A stretch of 63,990 nucleotides of DNA, filler included. It is 5 parts of 5 records of this genome, joined end to end, with 100 filler letters (N's around TTAATTAATTAA, not from the genome) between each part and the next. Parts side by side here need not be neighbours in the genome. Positions count along the whole stretch, not along the records: positions 57,959 to 63,990 come from SRR31156797_10372; 4 more parts are not named here. One strand, given 5' to 3'. Shown piece by piece: positions 62,369-63,990 of the stretch (position 1 is the first letter of the stretch; each line of letters starts with the position of its first letter). The translations under genes and the position numbers were made by a program. A model generated the notes under the pieces. The model saw only the letters and a list, made by a program, of their open reading frames with translations. It made no database searches and was not told the DNA's origin.

Positions 62369-62830
62369 ATGAATAATAAACTTAATTTTTATATTACTAA
62401 ATTTAACCAAATGGAATTTAATATACTAAAAAAAATTCTAATAAAAAAAGTTTATATACTTTGTAGTCCAGAAAATTTTCTTTTTTCGTGTAATGAGAAT
62501 CTTCAACAAGTTATGACTACAATTGAAATTTCTAAAGAAAGAAATAGAGTTGTTTCTGTAGGAGAACCTTTCATAGATACTATTAAGAATGAGTGCATTA
62601 ACTTATTTGATTTAAATCTACAAATAGACGAAGAAGAATATCTTTTATACCTTCAAAGTTATTTACTATATTTCACTCGAAAAGTTGCTAAAAATTTATT
62701 AATTAAACCCATTGTCATTATTTGCGAATCTGATAGTCTACCCAATAATTTTAACACAAGTCAAAAAGAACTACTTAGAAAGGCTCTTCTAAATCTAGAA
62801 ATAGATAATTCTATTTTTATAGATAAATAA
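62369..62830 (+). CDS. Hypothetical protein
   Basis: AAGGAG RBS; 153 aa; no motif recognised. Confidence 0.6.
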   Translation: MNNKLNFYITKFNQMEFNILKKILIKKVYILCSPENFLFSCNENLQQVMTTIEISKERNRVVSVGEPFIDTIKNECINLFDLNLQIDEEEYLLYLQSYLLYFTRKVAKNLLIKPIVIICESDSLPNNFNTSQKELLRKALLNLEIDNSIFIDK

Positions 62831-62877
62831 GCTTATCATAGATGTCGCTAAGCTAGAACTAAAAATAAGGGGAAGTT

Positions 62878-63495
62878 ATGAATAAAATTTATATTATACA
62901 ACATTGTCAATCTGAACATCATGTAAACGAATTAACTGGTGGGTGGACGGATACACCATTAACACAATTAGGTATGAAGCAAGCTCAACAAGTTGCGAAT
63001 GAATTAAAAAATCTGGGAGTCGAAAAGGATTTTGAGCTGTATTCTTCTGATTTAAAAAGAGCAAGTATGACAGCAGAAGCAATTGAGAAGAAGTTTAATG
63101 TGGAGATGATTTTAGATAAATCATTAAGAGAACACAATAACGGAAAAGCAGCTAATAAATCTGGAGAATGGGCTAGGAAAAATTTTCTCTATCACTCTTC
63201 AAGAATCGAGTTAGATAAACCTTTGTGGGAAAATGCTGAAACATATAGAGAATTATATAATAGAATGAAAGAATTTAAGACTAGAGTGATTGATAAATCA
63301 GTGAAGGATATAATCATAGTGTCGCATGGTGTAGCTATTGGATACCTGATCTGGGCATATCTTAATATTGAGTGCGACCTTGTTGTAGAGTCATTTATAC
63401 GTGGTGGTGCTGGTGGAGTATCAATCTTATCAAAAAGTCCAATGGGACAAAACACTTTGAATTTATTTAATTCTAGTGCGCACCTGAATTTCTAA
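62878..63495 (+). CDS. Histidine phosphatase family protein
   Basis: QHCQS (RHG-equivalent), DTPLT..G..QA, SSDLKRA, LRE, VSHG. Confidence 0.88.
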   Translation: MNKIYIIQHCQSEHHVNELTGGWTDTPLTQLGMKQAQQVANELKNLGVEKDFELYSSDLKRASMTAEAIEKKFNVEMILDKSLREHNNGKAANKSGEWARKNFLYHSSRIELDKPLWENAETYRELYNRMKEFKTRVIDKSVKDIIIVSHGVAIGYLIWAYLNIECDLVVESFIRGGAGGVSILSKSPMGQNTLNLFNSSAHLNF

Positions 63496-63513
63496 CAGAA
63501 TGGAGCATACACA

Positions 63514-63927
63514 ATGATAAAAATAAGAGAAGTTATAGACAAAGATTTAGAATCTTTACTAATTCTGGATAAACATGTTAATAAAGAAATTCTTAAGAAA
63601 AAAATTAGAGATAAAGAGATTATTGTTTTACTTCAAGATAATGAAATAATTGGATGGTTAAGATACAGCTTCTTTTGGGATGAACACCCATTTATGAATA
63701 TGCTGTTCATAATTGATGAGTATAGAGCAAAAGGTTACGGTACTAAACTTACACTTTATTGGGAAAAGTTGATGTTAGAAAGAGGATATAAAACTCTTAT
63801 GCTTAGCACACAATCAAATGAATACTCACAGCATTTTTATAGAAAATTAGGTTATACAGATGTGGGCAGCTTCAGTATGCACAATGAACCACTGGAATTA
63901 ATTCTGATTAAGGAATTGAGTAAATAG
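63514..63927 (+). CDS. GNAT family N-acetyltransferase
   Basis: YRAKGYG, STQSNE.SQHFYRKLGY. Confidence 0.9.
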   Translation: MIKIREVIDKDLESLLILDKHVNKEILKKKIRDKEIIVLLQDNEIIGWLRYSFFWDEHPFMNMLFIIDEYRAKGYGTKLTLYWEKLMLERGYKTLMLSTQSNEYSQHFYRKLGYTDVGSFSMHNEPLELILIKELSK

Positions 63928-63990
63928 ACAAATGGAGAAAACAATGAGAAATCAAAAACACACGCCGCAAGCGGACGGGGTATGGTGTAG

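Noticed and set aside
1868-63455. Numerous 60-120 aa ORFs overlapping larger genes in the ORF track
   Set aside because: Antisense or alternate-frame shadows of well-supported genes, with no motifs or RBS

Overview
This window is not one continuous locus. It is five contigs joined by 100-nt N linkers carrying TTAATTAATTAA (10729-10828, 30049-30148, 41550-41649, 57859-57958), apparently from at least three organisms. Contig 1 (1-10728, Campylobacterota-like) holds a defence island between folE and rpsJ: a WYL regulator flanked by a perfect 14-bp inverted motif and two unannotated small ORFs, a HEPN/MNT pair, and a type I R-M operon. In that operon hsdS carries a 1-nt frameshift near its 3' end, and a Schlafen/AlbA_2 gene sits between hsdS and hsdR. 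Contigs 2-4 (10829-57858, Bacteroidota-like) are mostly housekeeping and metabolic: Lrp plus a four-subunit 2-oxoacid:ferredoxin oxidoreductase, metF/ahcY/metK, alpha-2-macroglobulin, clpB, lipoprotein SOD-egtB-egtD, a tandem-CZB chemoreceptor, mqnA, nfeD, bfr and glmM. IS-like inverted repeats lie at three contig ends. Contig 5 (57959-63990, AT-rich, strong SD motifs) is an integron-type gene-cassette array with a distinctive attC family; two of its sites have a non-canonical ATT instead of GTT core, and no integrase is in view. All calls come from motif recognition by eye; no database searches were run.
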